Shown: piece after piece, positions 24,986 to 35,890 of the stretch | How the letters are laid out: each line of letters begins with the position of its first letter | Position numbering within the stretch: position 1 is the stretch's first letter | Assembly: GCA_034780895.1 (NCBI GenBank) | Contig: JAUZTB010000107.1 | Location: 70,632,158-70,696,157 of the forward strand | Source of the DNA: Rhynchobatus australiae | Taxonomy: Eukaryota | Reading direction: 5' to 3' | Length of the DNA: 64,000 bases | Position numbers and translations under genes: made by a program | Notes under the pieces: model-generated | Databases searched by the model: none | Told to the model about the DNA's origin: nothing | Seen by the model: the letters and a program-made list of their open reading frames with translations, nothing else

Positions 24986-26049
24986 TTTTAATGGCTCATT
25001 TGTTCTCATTTTATGTTTCTCTCTGCTTTGCAACAATCACTGAGTAAGGAATGAGGGAGGGAGGGAGGTAGGTAGAAATAAAAGGAGGCCATTCAGCCCC
25101 TCAAACCAGATCCACCAAATAGGATGTATATCAGCCAGAATCTTGGTTCCTCCATCACTTAATACCCATGGCATGTAAACGTCTATGTGAATAGATTTAG
25201 CTCACCCTGTAGTTGATGATTCTGTGGAGAATTTGTGATGTTCTCCTCCTCAACCAAGCTGTCTCTGAACTCTGAGCCAGCATATTGAAATTCAGAAGTT
25301 GGTGTCAAACTGGAGCTGAGATGTCAGTGAATCAAACCTTCTGCCCTTTCACTGGACTTGGTGCAATGTCTAAGGTGATACATTTGGAGGAACTGGATGC
25401 ACTTTGTTATTTGGCTCCTTAGCTCTAAATCAGCCAAAAGGAAGTGGAGGTGTGTATTTTTAATTCATTGTTTTTGTTACTTTCTGGGAGTCAAATTAAA
25501 ACAATTCAGATGCCTCTGACAACAGGGAACTGTCAATAGGCCATTGGTGTGGTCTGTGGAAGAGATTCAGAATATGCTACCAGGGGCCTGGTCACAAATC
25601 TCCAGCCTGTTCTGCTTCACAGGATTCTCAGGATGTCACTCAGTCCTGATCAGATGAGTGCAGGCAGGCACCTAGGGTGGCCACTTCCGGTAGCCAACCA
25701 CATCCAATGTGATCAGATCAGTCGGTCTTCCACTTAAAGCTTTTTTCTTCTGAGTTGGCTTTTAATCATTGAAGAAACTTGCACACTGCTGTGTGTGTTT
25801 CTGACTACTCTCTAATGGCCTCCACTTGTAGAAATGTTCCTCACTTTCTATTTTACCTAATCCATCAATTGCTTTTCTATAATCACATTCTAGAGAGCTA
25901 ATCCCTTGTGGTGATATTTCCTCTCTCATCTTAACCCAACAATATCCGAGCACTCCTCATAGCCCAGATTAGAATGGGAACCTGTATTGCAAAGAATCAA
26001 AGAACAAAAGTCAATATTGAACAGATCTGTGTTAATCATTCTCCCAAAC

Positions 26050-27064
26050 CAAGATCTGTGCTGTAACTACTTTATTTTGTATGCACATTCTGTGCACTTT
26101 TTTGACTATTATTTTACAATGTACAAACTAGGTACAAAAAGATTCTCAAGACCATAAATAAATGACATAAGTTACATGTACCTAAAATTCAAATAAAAAA
26201 AATACAAAATAAAAACAGCAAAAAAATTAATCTATGCCTAAGTCAGGAAAACAAAAGTATAAAGGAAAATAAAGTATTGGACTGTTAGAAGAATTCCAGT
26301 TTGAACTAAATTACAATACGCTGNNNNNNNNNNNNNAGAAGACCACACACAGTCTTGCATTTACCCAATCAGGTCCAAGCAGGAATACAAAAAATAGATC
26401 TATGTCATTTGTTTAAAATTAGCATTTAAGAGAACACTGCTCAGGAAAGAATGTGAAATGTAAATGAAAATATCAGTTGCAGTTTACAATAACTTTGAAA
26501 GAATGATGTCATAATTGTCACACTGTAACAAAAATGTGCACCAAGCTGTTAAACTTTCTACCAAAGTGGTCTGAAAGAAAATTGACCAGAGCTGATGAAT
26601 GATTGAGAATTTCTGATATTATCAAATGTATACAAAACAACAGTGGGTTCTAATGGCACAATTTGAAACGCTACTTCAATAAAACACACGTGTACAGCTC
26701 AGTGACAGGTCCAGGGATCTGTTCCTATATAACAGATTCCATACATTATTAATAGCTAATAATAGTATTTTGAACAGGTTGTCACATTAGGCGTAGTAGT
26801 GACATGCAGAAGTCCACAAAGTTTAGTTATCTTACATAGTACATTCCACTTGTGATTTTCCAGAACAGATGCTGAACTTTGCACACTTGAGAGTTTTCTC
26901 TTTTTTTGCTTTGAATTTGGGCTTGTCTGAAGCTGGTGTTTTTGAAGCTGAGTTCCTTCCTTGGATCTGATCTTCGTGGGAATGGCTACTGTGGGATTTT
27001 CCATGTTCATTGTTGTTCTGAGTTCCCAGTGCTTACATGAGGTTATTATTCAGTTCATTAAATT
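26050..27064 (-). other. EPHA4: Putative non-coding terminal 3'UTR exon of EphA4
   Basis: Strong minus-strand acceptor ccctttctttgctttag|AATT (AG at 27066-27065). About 1 kb of U-rich sequence with no recognisable repeats follows, ending in AATAAA at 26076-26071. Human EPHA4 is recalled to have a non-coding last exon. Confidence 0.6.
26071..26076 (-). terminator. Candidate polyadenylation signal AATAAA for EphA4
   Basis: Plus-strand tttatt. Minus-strand context ...TTTGTACATTGTAAAATAAT...GTGCATACAAAATAAAGTAG, with upstream UGUA motifs, at the end of a U-rich tract. Confidence 0.55.
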
Positions 27065-29749
27065 CTAAAGCAAAGAAAGGGATAATTAATTAATTTGTTT
27101 TTTTTTTGCATAATGCAGTAATGATGGTTGCACATATTTAAAGATTAAATCATTTTTGTTTGGTTTATCATTGATTCTCTTTCAAATCCATCTTTATAGA
27201 TTATTGTTCATAAGAAACAATTTTATCAACTACATATAATCCCCAGTTTGTCATCAATCAATGTCACTNNNNNNNNCAATGGGTTCATACCATGTGATTT
27301 TTTTAAAATGTTTTCTGCTGCCATTTAAAAAAATCTTTGTTCTCTTTTAAGAAATTGATTAATATAATTCAAAGTATTTTCTAGTTATAGTCACTACTAC
27401 ACCAGGACTACAACTACATTTTGTGAAAGGTCCTATCATGGGGATGGAAATCATCCATCCCTTTAGTTAAACAGGATGTAGTCTATTTAGATCAGATGCA
27501 ATAGGTCTTTGAGACTGCTTAGCATCTGCCTAATGTGGGCAAAGACACAAAGAGGATGTAACTGGGGTCCAGGAATTTCAGGTAGGCTTCCTTCCATCCT
27601 GGAAATGATTTCCATCTAATATTGAATAAAAGTGTCTATTAAATCCATGGGTTTTGCAAATTGGATGAACCATTTAGATTTAAAAATATTCAACCCTACT
27701 TTTTTGAACTGCTACCTCTACTAAACACCCCAAGGTATCTTGCTTTTAACTATAATCCAGCTCTCGCAATCAATTAAGCGTTGATTATTCTGCTGTCGAC
27801 AGACAAAATACTAGCTCCAATATTTTTGTCCTTAACTATAAATAGTTGGTTTCAACAAAGGTTCATCTGGTAAAATCAGAGAAGCTAGGCCACATAGACA
27901 GGAGGCTCTGTATTTTACTTCCAACCTGTTCCTTGTTGGGTGTGCTCAGCCCAAGAAGGCAATTGACCTTGGATTGCTTTGGCCAGAGAGAAGAAAAGTT
28001 ACCTATTCCTGATCATCATCTGTATTGTCCCTCCTTCCAGAGCCTCCCCAAATCCTCCTTCACTAACTGAAGAGCCTGCTGCCACACACAGTTGAGGAAA
28101 GAGGCTAGTTAAATGCAGCATTAAATGCCAATGGAACCTTACCACATGAGAAAAGCCCAGAGAGCTGGACTTGTTTGAACTACTTCATTTATTCAATGAA
28201 TATGTACCAGTTGTTCTGGGTGATCTAATTTTTCTATTTTTATGGTGGAGGAAAAGGATAGAATTTTTATAATTAGATAAAATTTCAAATAGAATGTCAA
28301 AATTCATTACCTAACAGTTCCATAAAAAGAACAAATGGGAATTGATATGATTATGGCACAAGAAATTGCGTTCAGTTCTGACCCATTTAATTTGCAAAAA
28401 TATAATGGACTGAGTGCTCCAATGATTTTCATCAAATTGAGAACGATTGACTTTTCTCTGGTGCTCTTGTGGTTTCTGAAAAGTTATTTACAAAGCACTT
28501 AGTTCAGGCTGGCCAGCTCCACCTGCCAGACTGGCCTGCTTTTGTTGATGGAGTTGAACACCACTTCCTGTAGGCGGCATATGGTTGGTGGGCCGCAACT
28601 ACAATGACTTCATCAGAGAAAAACTGGGTGCTTTTCAAACATCACACTGGATAGAAAAATGGATCCAGAAATATGTTGCAGCAATAAGCTGGCCTAGAAA
28701 TTCATTAGCACCTGGAAATGCACATAAAATGTGTGATGTGAGGCAAATGGTTTTTGTGAGGAGGTACTGCTGAAAATTCTACTGTGCATAAGACCCAAGG
28801 TGTTGTATATACAAGATAATCATGCATTGAGGTTGCACGATTATCAACATCAACATTGTTCCCTCCATTAGTGATTGTCACTGTGAAATGAGTGGAGGTA
28901 AACAAGTAGATGGTGGATCTGGTTCCCATATCACCAAGGCAGAAGGGTGGTGGTGATGATGATGTGTGTCAATGAACAGGAGACAGAGGTGGGATGATGC
29001 AGTTGTTGATTGGGTCTAGGGCACTGATTGGTTCCTTGATAGTCAGGCTACAGTACTAAGGTCGAGGGTAAGATGGGTAGAAGTAGTGGTGGGAGCAACT
29101 GTGGAAGATGTTTCTAAATGGTAAACTACTTGGACCTGGCTCCCAGCACAGGATTTTGTGGGTAACACTAATCATGCACATCCCTCAAGTTATACCAAAC
29201 ACACCTAGTCTGTCCGTAAAGCCACGAGCAGCACGTGTCATCAGCACACTATGTATGTGCAAATGCAACTTGTGGAAGTGGCACAGATTTAAAAGGAAAC
29301 AATGCCCAATGTGATTGGATGCCACTGTGCATGTCCAGGCATTTTCATACATTAGCCTATCCTTTACATAAAGGACCCAGAGGAAAATAACTAATTTTGT
29401 AATCTACACAAGTCCCTGATCTCTGTCAATGATTGAATTTCTGAGCAAAAGCAATCGTGTAATGTACATAAACATCATGATGCATTATAGAACTGAGACC
29501 ATCACTGATAGTACTGCTAACATGAAATGTGGTAGATTTAAACCTTTGCCACATATAAGCAGTTTAATCGACCTTTTGGGAATGCTGGGCAAGTAACCTG
29601 CCAATGCCTCCTGCCACTTGGGTGAGATTTCAAGGGCTTATTAGGAAATGGTGAATCAAAATCCTGCAGGACTCAGAATATTCAGAAATAAGTTCACTAA
29701 CTTCAGATGATTGTTTGTGATGACTCAGTTTGGTCAAGGTGATTTTTAC

Positions 29750-30482
29750 CTCATTATCTTTGAAGTTGGTTGCAATAAATTCATTTCACTGTTAATTGGT
29801 ATCTCTTTAGTCAACATTTGATGGTCCTCCACTCCAAAAAAAACTACCTAGACATTTCTTGATGGAAGGAATCACCACCATATTTGTGTTGGATTCACTC
29901 TAAGTTACATTACGGCTTAAGTCACTATATTTGACAACTGTAATCCACAAAGCTGCCTGCTCAATTCAGCAAAGTTTTGGAAGAACATAGTGGCAGTTTA
30001 CAGAAATCTCCACATTGGATGCAGTCACTGAAAGGGCTTTGCTATTCATGATCCCCTCCTCAAATGAAGACTGTGTCTGCAGAAATGTCTTGGAGAGCTT
30101 CAAGTCAGCTTTAACAAATCCTTCATTAGCAAGCCATACTGTATATGAAAAGTAATCTTCAATCCAGTGATTATTTAAAAACAATTGAAATCTGGTATGA
30201 ATAATGGCATTATAAGATTAGCTCCTTCGTGGTTGTTCATCCAAGAGAAACAAGAATTCAAAAACAAATATACATCTGATCCAGTTTCCTCTTATTTGGA
30301 CGAAGGTCTCTATATATGTCATACGATGATCATGAAGTTCAGCAATCTGTCCTCAAATCAGGCAAAACCACTGACAAAATATCCGTATATCAAAGGGCAA
30401 CAATGAAGTAAAAAGTGCAGTTCTTTTCCTGTTTAAAGTGCATGGATGAGGTAAACTAATTTCATTGAGTTTTTCGACTGGC
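29750..30482 (-). other. EPHA4: EphA4 proximal 3'UTR (non-coding part of exon 17; distal boundary uncertain)
   Basis: Directly follows the stop codon. A candidate donor GAG|gtaaaa at 29750/29749 is one of several possible donors. Confidence 0.55.
30412..30441 (-). promoter_or_regulatory. Two miR-17/20/93/106-family seed matches in the EphA4 3'UTR
   Basis: mRNA-sense GCACTTTA (30441-30434, 8mer) and GCACTTT (30418-30412, 7mer-m8), complementary to the seed AAAGUGC. Confidence 0.65.
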
Positions 30483-30597
30483 TCAGACAGGAACCATTCT
30501 TCCCTGCATCTGTTGCACCTGGGCCCTCATTCCCTGGACGCTGCTCAGGATCTTGTTCTGATGCACCATTGTCGTGATTCCAATTCGGACCAGGTCA
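30483..30597 (-). CDS. EPHA4: EphA4 last coding exon 17 (end of SAM domain, PDZ-binding motif, stop)
   Basis: ccttag|TGACCTG...CCTGTC TGA. Translates [37 protein letters not shown]. The C-terminal MVPV is characteristic of EphA4 among EphA paralogues. Confidence 0.97.
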
Positions 30598-31034
30598 CTA
30601 AGGTAACAAATAATAGTTGACAAAAGTCAATATCATGTTATTTCAAAAGCATATGTTCCATGACATAACAAATGTCTGAATATTGCAATTCTCCTCCATA
30701 CGTGCACCATTTAGTTTCATTTGGAGTTCAGTAAAACTGTCCCCCATCAAGGGTTTCTATCCTTAGGAGTTATTGACGTTTGCAGCAAACTTGCAAGACA
30801 ATTTACTCTGTCTTTAATCCCAAGGTAATGAATTTAAGATTTTGGTCAGAACTACCCAGCAAGTAGAAAATGCAATCCATATACTCAAATTCAACAAGAT
30901 AAATGTCAAAAACAACTGAAGATAGAATCTGTATTCTCTTTACCTCAGAAGTGTAAGCATGTGATCTGCAGGCTGGGGAACTCACTGATTCTGGGGTAAA
31001 AGGGACTGTAAATAGTCTACCTATGACAACACCT

Positions 31035-31353
31035 TGGGTATGTATGATAGTGTAGTGAATAGGTTACTGGAGTTTGAATCCCACTATAGCAGATGGGCGA
31101 TTTAACTTCAAATAATGAGGTAAAGCTAATCTCAATATTGGTAACCATAAAACCATCAGATTGTCATTTAATACAAAACCATCTTTTTCATCAATGTTCT
31201 TTTGGGGAAGGAAATCTACCACTTAAACCTGGTATGGCCCATGGTGCAAGCCTTGATCTATCAATGTGGTTGACTCTCAACTGGCTCTAGTTCAGGGGTA
31301 ATCATGGGTGGTCAATCAATGCCCTCACTACCAGTGACATCAATATCCCATGA
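31035..31353 (+). mobile_element. tRNA-derived SINE sharing its 3' tail with the LINE at 52570-53810
   Basis: gagtttgaatccca (box B), ggggaaggaaatct, aatgtggttgactctcaactg, tail gggtggtcaat.aatgcc...atcccatgaa. Confidence 0.6.
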
Positions 31354-31354
31354 A

Positions 31355-31386
31355 GGGGGTGGGGTGGGGTGGGGTGGGGGGGGGTG
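31355..31386 (+). repeat. (GGGGT)n G-rich tract, potential G-quadruplex
   Basis: gggggtggggtggggtggggtgggggggggtg: five runs of four or more G with 1-nt loops. Confidence 0.8.
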
Positions 31387-31479
31387 CAAGGGTCGAAACA
31401 AACTTTAAGTGAAATTTGAGTTGGGAGTGCTAAACTTGACTTAGTAATAGTGTCTCTTCTCTAGATCCCCATCTTATGC

Positions 31480-31830
31480 GTACTTGAACAGTAACTTGAG
31501 CTGATACTTTGTGCAGTAATGGAAATGTTGAATTAGCAGAAGTACTGATAAATCCTGTCTTTCAGATTTGATATTAAACAAGACCCTGCCGATCCTTCCA
31601 GGTGTGTGTGAAAGATACCACAGCAATAACTAAATAAGAGCAAAAAGAGATCTTTTTGTTTCTTGGGCAAATATTTCACACTCAACTCGCACCACCTGAG
31701 GCAGATGAATTGGCCATTTATCTCACTGATGTTTGTCGGACTATGCTGTGTGAATTAGCTGCCACATTTGCCTAAATTACAAGACTGTCGATATTTCAAA
31801 AAGTACTTTGGGATGACCCAAGTTTGTGTT
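31480..31830 (+). mobile_element. DeuSINE/SacSINE1-like, decayed
   Basis: tgtctttcagatttgatattaaacaagaccc...gtgaaagataccacagca...tggccatttatctcactgatgtttg...gtactttgggatg. Confidence 0.6.
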
Positions 31831-32119
31831 AGAAGCTCTAAGTCCCTGTCCTTCCTGATTAAGTTCAAGCAAATTAATGCTGAGGAATGCAACTTTCCTT
31901 TTTCCATTTTTAATTCACCTGTTTAACAGTTACACGGATTGAGTGATAGCTGCTCAAATGCAGTTGGTGTGGGTCTTCTACAGCCATCCTTCAGGTGGCC
32001 TTGTTCTTCTGAATTCAAGTATAACTTTTAAGTATTTGGTGCAGCATTTTAAAATGAATTGAAACTCTAATGGCAAATACACAGTTTATTCCAATCATAA
32101 TACAAATATTGGTACTTAC

Positions 32120-32275
32120 TCTTGGTTCATGTGTACTACAGACTCTAGGGAGGTATATCCTGCTGCTGTAAAGTTATCTTTGTATCTATCCATCTTAATA
32201 ACTTGAAGCCAGTCGTCAACGGAATCCAAAGCAGAGAAGTCAGGTGTGCCTGGGTCTAACAAAGCAGTGGAAGGT
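32120..32275 (-). CDS. EPHA4: EphA4 coding exon 16 (linker and SAM domain)
   Basis: cccatag|ACCTTCC...CCAAGA|gtaagt, 156 nt. Translates [51 protein letters not shown](D). Not in the ORF track. Confidence 0.96.
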
Positions 32276-33658
32276 CTATGGGGAAAAGCAAATGAACATG
32301 TATTTAAAAGAAATCATGAAATGTAATGGCTTAGTGAAGGACATTACTGCACAGTATATCTACTTCTATACTATAGGGTGGTGAAGTTGTATAGTTAGTA
32401 TACAGGAGTAGTTAAATCATGGAGTAAACTGCCAATTTGGGCAGACTGTACTGATGTGTTGTTTTATTTCCCAAAAGGCTGGCAAAGCTCTTAGATCTGA
32501 AAGAAATCCCAGCAAATAAAAGTTATGTGGAATATTCAATAAATTCACATCAATGTGGTTTTCTTGGCAAGTTTGATCCATTACGGAGGTTGGAGAAGTG
32601 AATTTGTCATTTTTCCATTCCCTTGATTTCCTGGCTCAACTGGGTGAGGATATTATGAATCATTGGGTGGATTTTGTGAGGAAGTTTCTCCAAGACTGCC
32701 AATGCTTCCCTTTGCAAGTGCCAATGAATCTGGGAGTTTTGGGAGCCTGGATGTGAAATGCAATGCTGTGGCAATACGTCCTGAAACAACCAAATTTAAA
32801 TGGAGAACAGCTAGAAGGAATTATGGAAAATTTTCATGTATTTTGATTTTATTTAATTGCATTCCTCTGTTATTAAGTGTTTCAATTTTTGTTCATTTTC
32901 TTAGTAAGTTTGATTTAAAAAATTATAATGTTTTTGTTCTGAAAGCAGGTTAAGTCAGAGCATGACTTTATGGACGAAAACTGGGCTTTCCACTGATAAT
33001 AATCAAAAGTAGATTATAGAAATCTTCTGGACTTTATAAAATTAACATTGTAATGTTAAGCTTAATCTACTAGTTCAACAGGTACCTTCCTTCCTGTAAC
33101 CTCTTTTAGATCTGCTTAATAATGATTAATGATGAAAGCATAAAAATTGACGTTTTTCTACTAATGATATTCTGCTTATAGAAATGCAGGGATTCTGGGG
33201 CAAACATTGATTTAGTTGAATAATCTACATAGTACTAGATCAGCTTAAGTAGTTAGCTGGATAACTCCTTCAGCCCTTCTGAACAATTAACTCACATCAT
33301 ATGGATGTATTGTGGACCTCTGGCCTGCCACATTTAAATCAGTTTGAAGGAAGATGTCCCAACTAATAGTCCCAAGGTGGTTATTACCTGTTCAACTCAT
33401 GTAAAGGTCAATAATATCTAGTAATGATCTGTAACTGCTATGCAAAATGACAGCATCAGCAAAAACATTCTGCCTTATGATATTTCTCACAGTGCATTCA
33501 TGTACTGGAAAGACATCCATTATTGTTGATAGTCACCCCAACCATTTCATTGGGTACAAGATAATACTGACTAAAACATTTTAATATAGGACCAACAACA
33601 GCTCCTGTACTAATTAAAGGCTGAATTCATTGATGAAGGATTATTTTTAAAAAATTAA

Positions 33659-34346
33659 TGTTACAGACTAGGTTACTAATGGTGAATATCCCTTTAAGAT
33701 AGTGCATTGCGTGTGTGGTATGCTTTCGTCAACAGAAGATAAAGGACGTCATGATGTTGTTGAAGTCAGTTGGGAGGGAGGGAGGGAGGGAGACCAGCCT
33801 GCTAGTTTCTCTATCGATGGATGAGAAACAATAACTGTCTGTCACTAAAATCCATGTATGGATTTTGGGAGTAATCCAGTGGAGTCCACTTTGTTGTTAA
33901 TCTGTGGAGGGAAACAGGTATTTGTGTGGACGGCCATGATTCGGATGCTTTTCGGAGTGAGGAAGTCACTACCGAGTAAACACTGAGGTGTCGTTTGGGT
34001 TCCATCGTGGAACATTTGGATTTTGTAATTACTCTCTCTTTTCTCTCTACATCCATATCTTATCTTCAGACAATGGTGGTTGTTGAAGAAGCCTTTGCTC
34101 ATATTTCATCTTATGGCTTGCTGAACTGAACTTTAAGAACCATTCCTGGACTTGGAATTTGGGAATTTGCCACACACACACACAACGAGTTTAGTTTTTG
34201 GGGTTAATGTTCAAGGTTTAACATTTTTACTTCTAACATTCTAACATTTTTTAAATTTTTCTTATTATCATAAGTAATTATTAATAAAGTAGTTTTTAAC
34301 ACTGAATCATGACTCAGTGTGTTTCTTTTGTTGCTGGTTCATAACA
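33659..34346 (+). mobile_element. Solo LTR (688 bp, probably Gypsy/ERV class) in EphA4 intron 15
   Basis: Starts TGTTA and ends TAACA (TG...CA inverted termini). Flanked by the 4-bp direct repeat TTAA (33655-33658, 34347-34350). AATAAA at 34283-34288; internal (GGGA)n and (CA)n. Confidence 0.8.
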
Positions 34347-34399
34347 TTAAGGATTTGAGAGTTTTTGAAGGTCTGAATGTTTCCATTTATTTTGCAGAA

Positions 34400-34785
34400 T
34401 GTTTAATGTCCTTCACAGCCAATGAAGTACTTAAGTCTTTTTCTCTGTTGTAAAATTGGGAAAAGGCTGTCAATTTACACACAGCAAGTTCACAAGAACA
34501 ATAATGTCATACTGAGCAGCCAATCTGTTCTAACAATGTTAGGTGTAAAGCTTGTATGGCATGCCAGAAATGATTTCCCTGCCCTTTATCAAAAGAATGT
34601 TAAGTAGTTGTTTACACCTACTTGAGTGAGCAAACAGGATTTTTGATTTAATATCTCATTCTATAGACAGCACCTCCTTTACTTCTCCCATTGAATATCA
34701 ACCCAGAACATTAGACTCAAGCCTCCGAAATGGGACGAAACACACAGCCTTTAGAGTCTGAGAGGACAATGCTATCACTGAACTA
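34400..34785 (-). mobile_element. DeuSINE/SacSINE1-like, decayed
   Basis: cttcacagccaatgaagtactt (tail) ... agacagcacctcc ... gagtctgagagg..aatgctatcactgaact (tRNA-like head). Confidence 0.55.
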
Positions 34786-35169
34786 GAGTGGGTATTAAGG
34801 GGCATGAGTGTGTGAATAATGGTTGCATTCATTTTTAGCTTAGTGGTAGAAGCAGAAAGAACCATTGGTTATTTGATCAGAACTATCAGCTGAATATTTT
34901 AATTCATTAGATCCAGTAAATTAGAAATAAGCAATTCAAACTGACAATTGCAACACTGAAAGATAATAATAAATGACCCTTTCCTTAAAGATACTATGTT
35001 AGATTGGGTTGGGTGCTTCTATAAGTAATTTTAGAAAATTTTTTTTCTCATTTTCATCTTTCTGCCTTTTGGGTATTGTTATTCATCTTTTTAATGGTAT
35101 TTCGTTTTCTGAATTTCTTAACATGGTCTTAAAAGCAGCCTTAGTCTTCCAGTTTTTCTCATGGACTAT

Positions 35170-35269
35170 NNNNNNNNNNNNNNNNNNNNNNNNNNNNNNN
35201 NNNNNNNNNNNNNNNNNNNNNNNNNNNNNNNNNNNNNNNNNNNNNNNNNNNNNNNNNNNNNNNNNNNNN
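35170..35269. other. Assembly gap (100 N) overlapping the 3' end of EphA4 exon 15
   Basis: Exactly 100 N, the usual placeholder for a gap of unknown size. Confidence 0.95.
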
Positions 35270-35431
35270 GCTTGGATTTCGAATCAGCTTGTCCAATATG
35301 TTGACAATCTGCACGAATTTGGGTCTGTCATTGCGTTCTTTTTGCCAGCAGTCCAGCATTAACTGATGGAGGGAGACTGGGCAATCCATGGGAGGTGGTA
35401 ACCGGTAACCTTCCTCGATCGCTTTAATCAC
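35270..35431 (-). CDS. EPHA4: EphA4 coding exon 15 (end of kinase domain), 3' end lost in an assembly gap
   Basis: ttgcag|GTGATT... Translates [54 protein letters not shown], then runs into Ns at 35170-35269. The donor site is not visible. Confidence 0.95.
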
Positions 35432-35447
35432 CTGCAATAACAACAAA

Positions 35448-35890
35448 TGATTAAGGAGCTGGATTAGACCTTCTGGCTTTTCAAGATTTGCTCCGATATT
35501 ATGGCTGACCATCTGCTATAGCTCTATTTTCCTGCAATACCTCCATATCCCGTGATATCCAGAAACCTCACTGATCTCTGTTTTTGAATGAATCCAGTGA
35601 CCAAGCCTCAAGGGTATAAAATTCCAAAGGAGCACCACCCGCTGTGTGAATAAATCTTTCTTTGCCTCAGACCTAAAATGCCTATACCTTATTCAGAGAC
35701 CATGAACGCTGGTTCTAGACTCCTCAGTCAAAGAAACAATTGTTCCTGCATCTACCCTGTCAGGCCCTGTAAGAATTTTGTACTTTATTTCTTCTAAACT
35801 CTAGAGAATACAGGCCTGTTTATTTAGTCTCTCCTCGCATGGCAAACCCAGGAAATGGTCTGATGAACATTCCTTGCACTCCTCCTGTGG
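35448..35890 (-). mobile_element. Old CR1 LINE 3' fragment abutting the exon 15 acceptor
   Basis: ggagctggattagacc...atggctga...ctggttctagactcc...ttcttctaaactctagagaatacaggcc. Confidence 0.7.

Noticed and set aside
28790-29330. Possible decayed LINE fragment in the presumed 3'UTR intron
   Set aside because: The composition suggests an old repeat, but I could not identify diagnostic motifs, so it is not listed as a feature.
33655-34350. piggyBac element suggested by the TTAA duplication
   Set aside because: The termini are TG...CA with an internal poly(A) signal, not the CCY...RGG terminal repeats of piggyBac. A solo LTR fits better.
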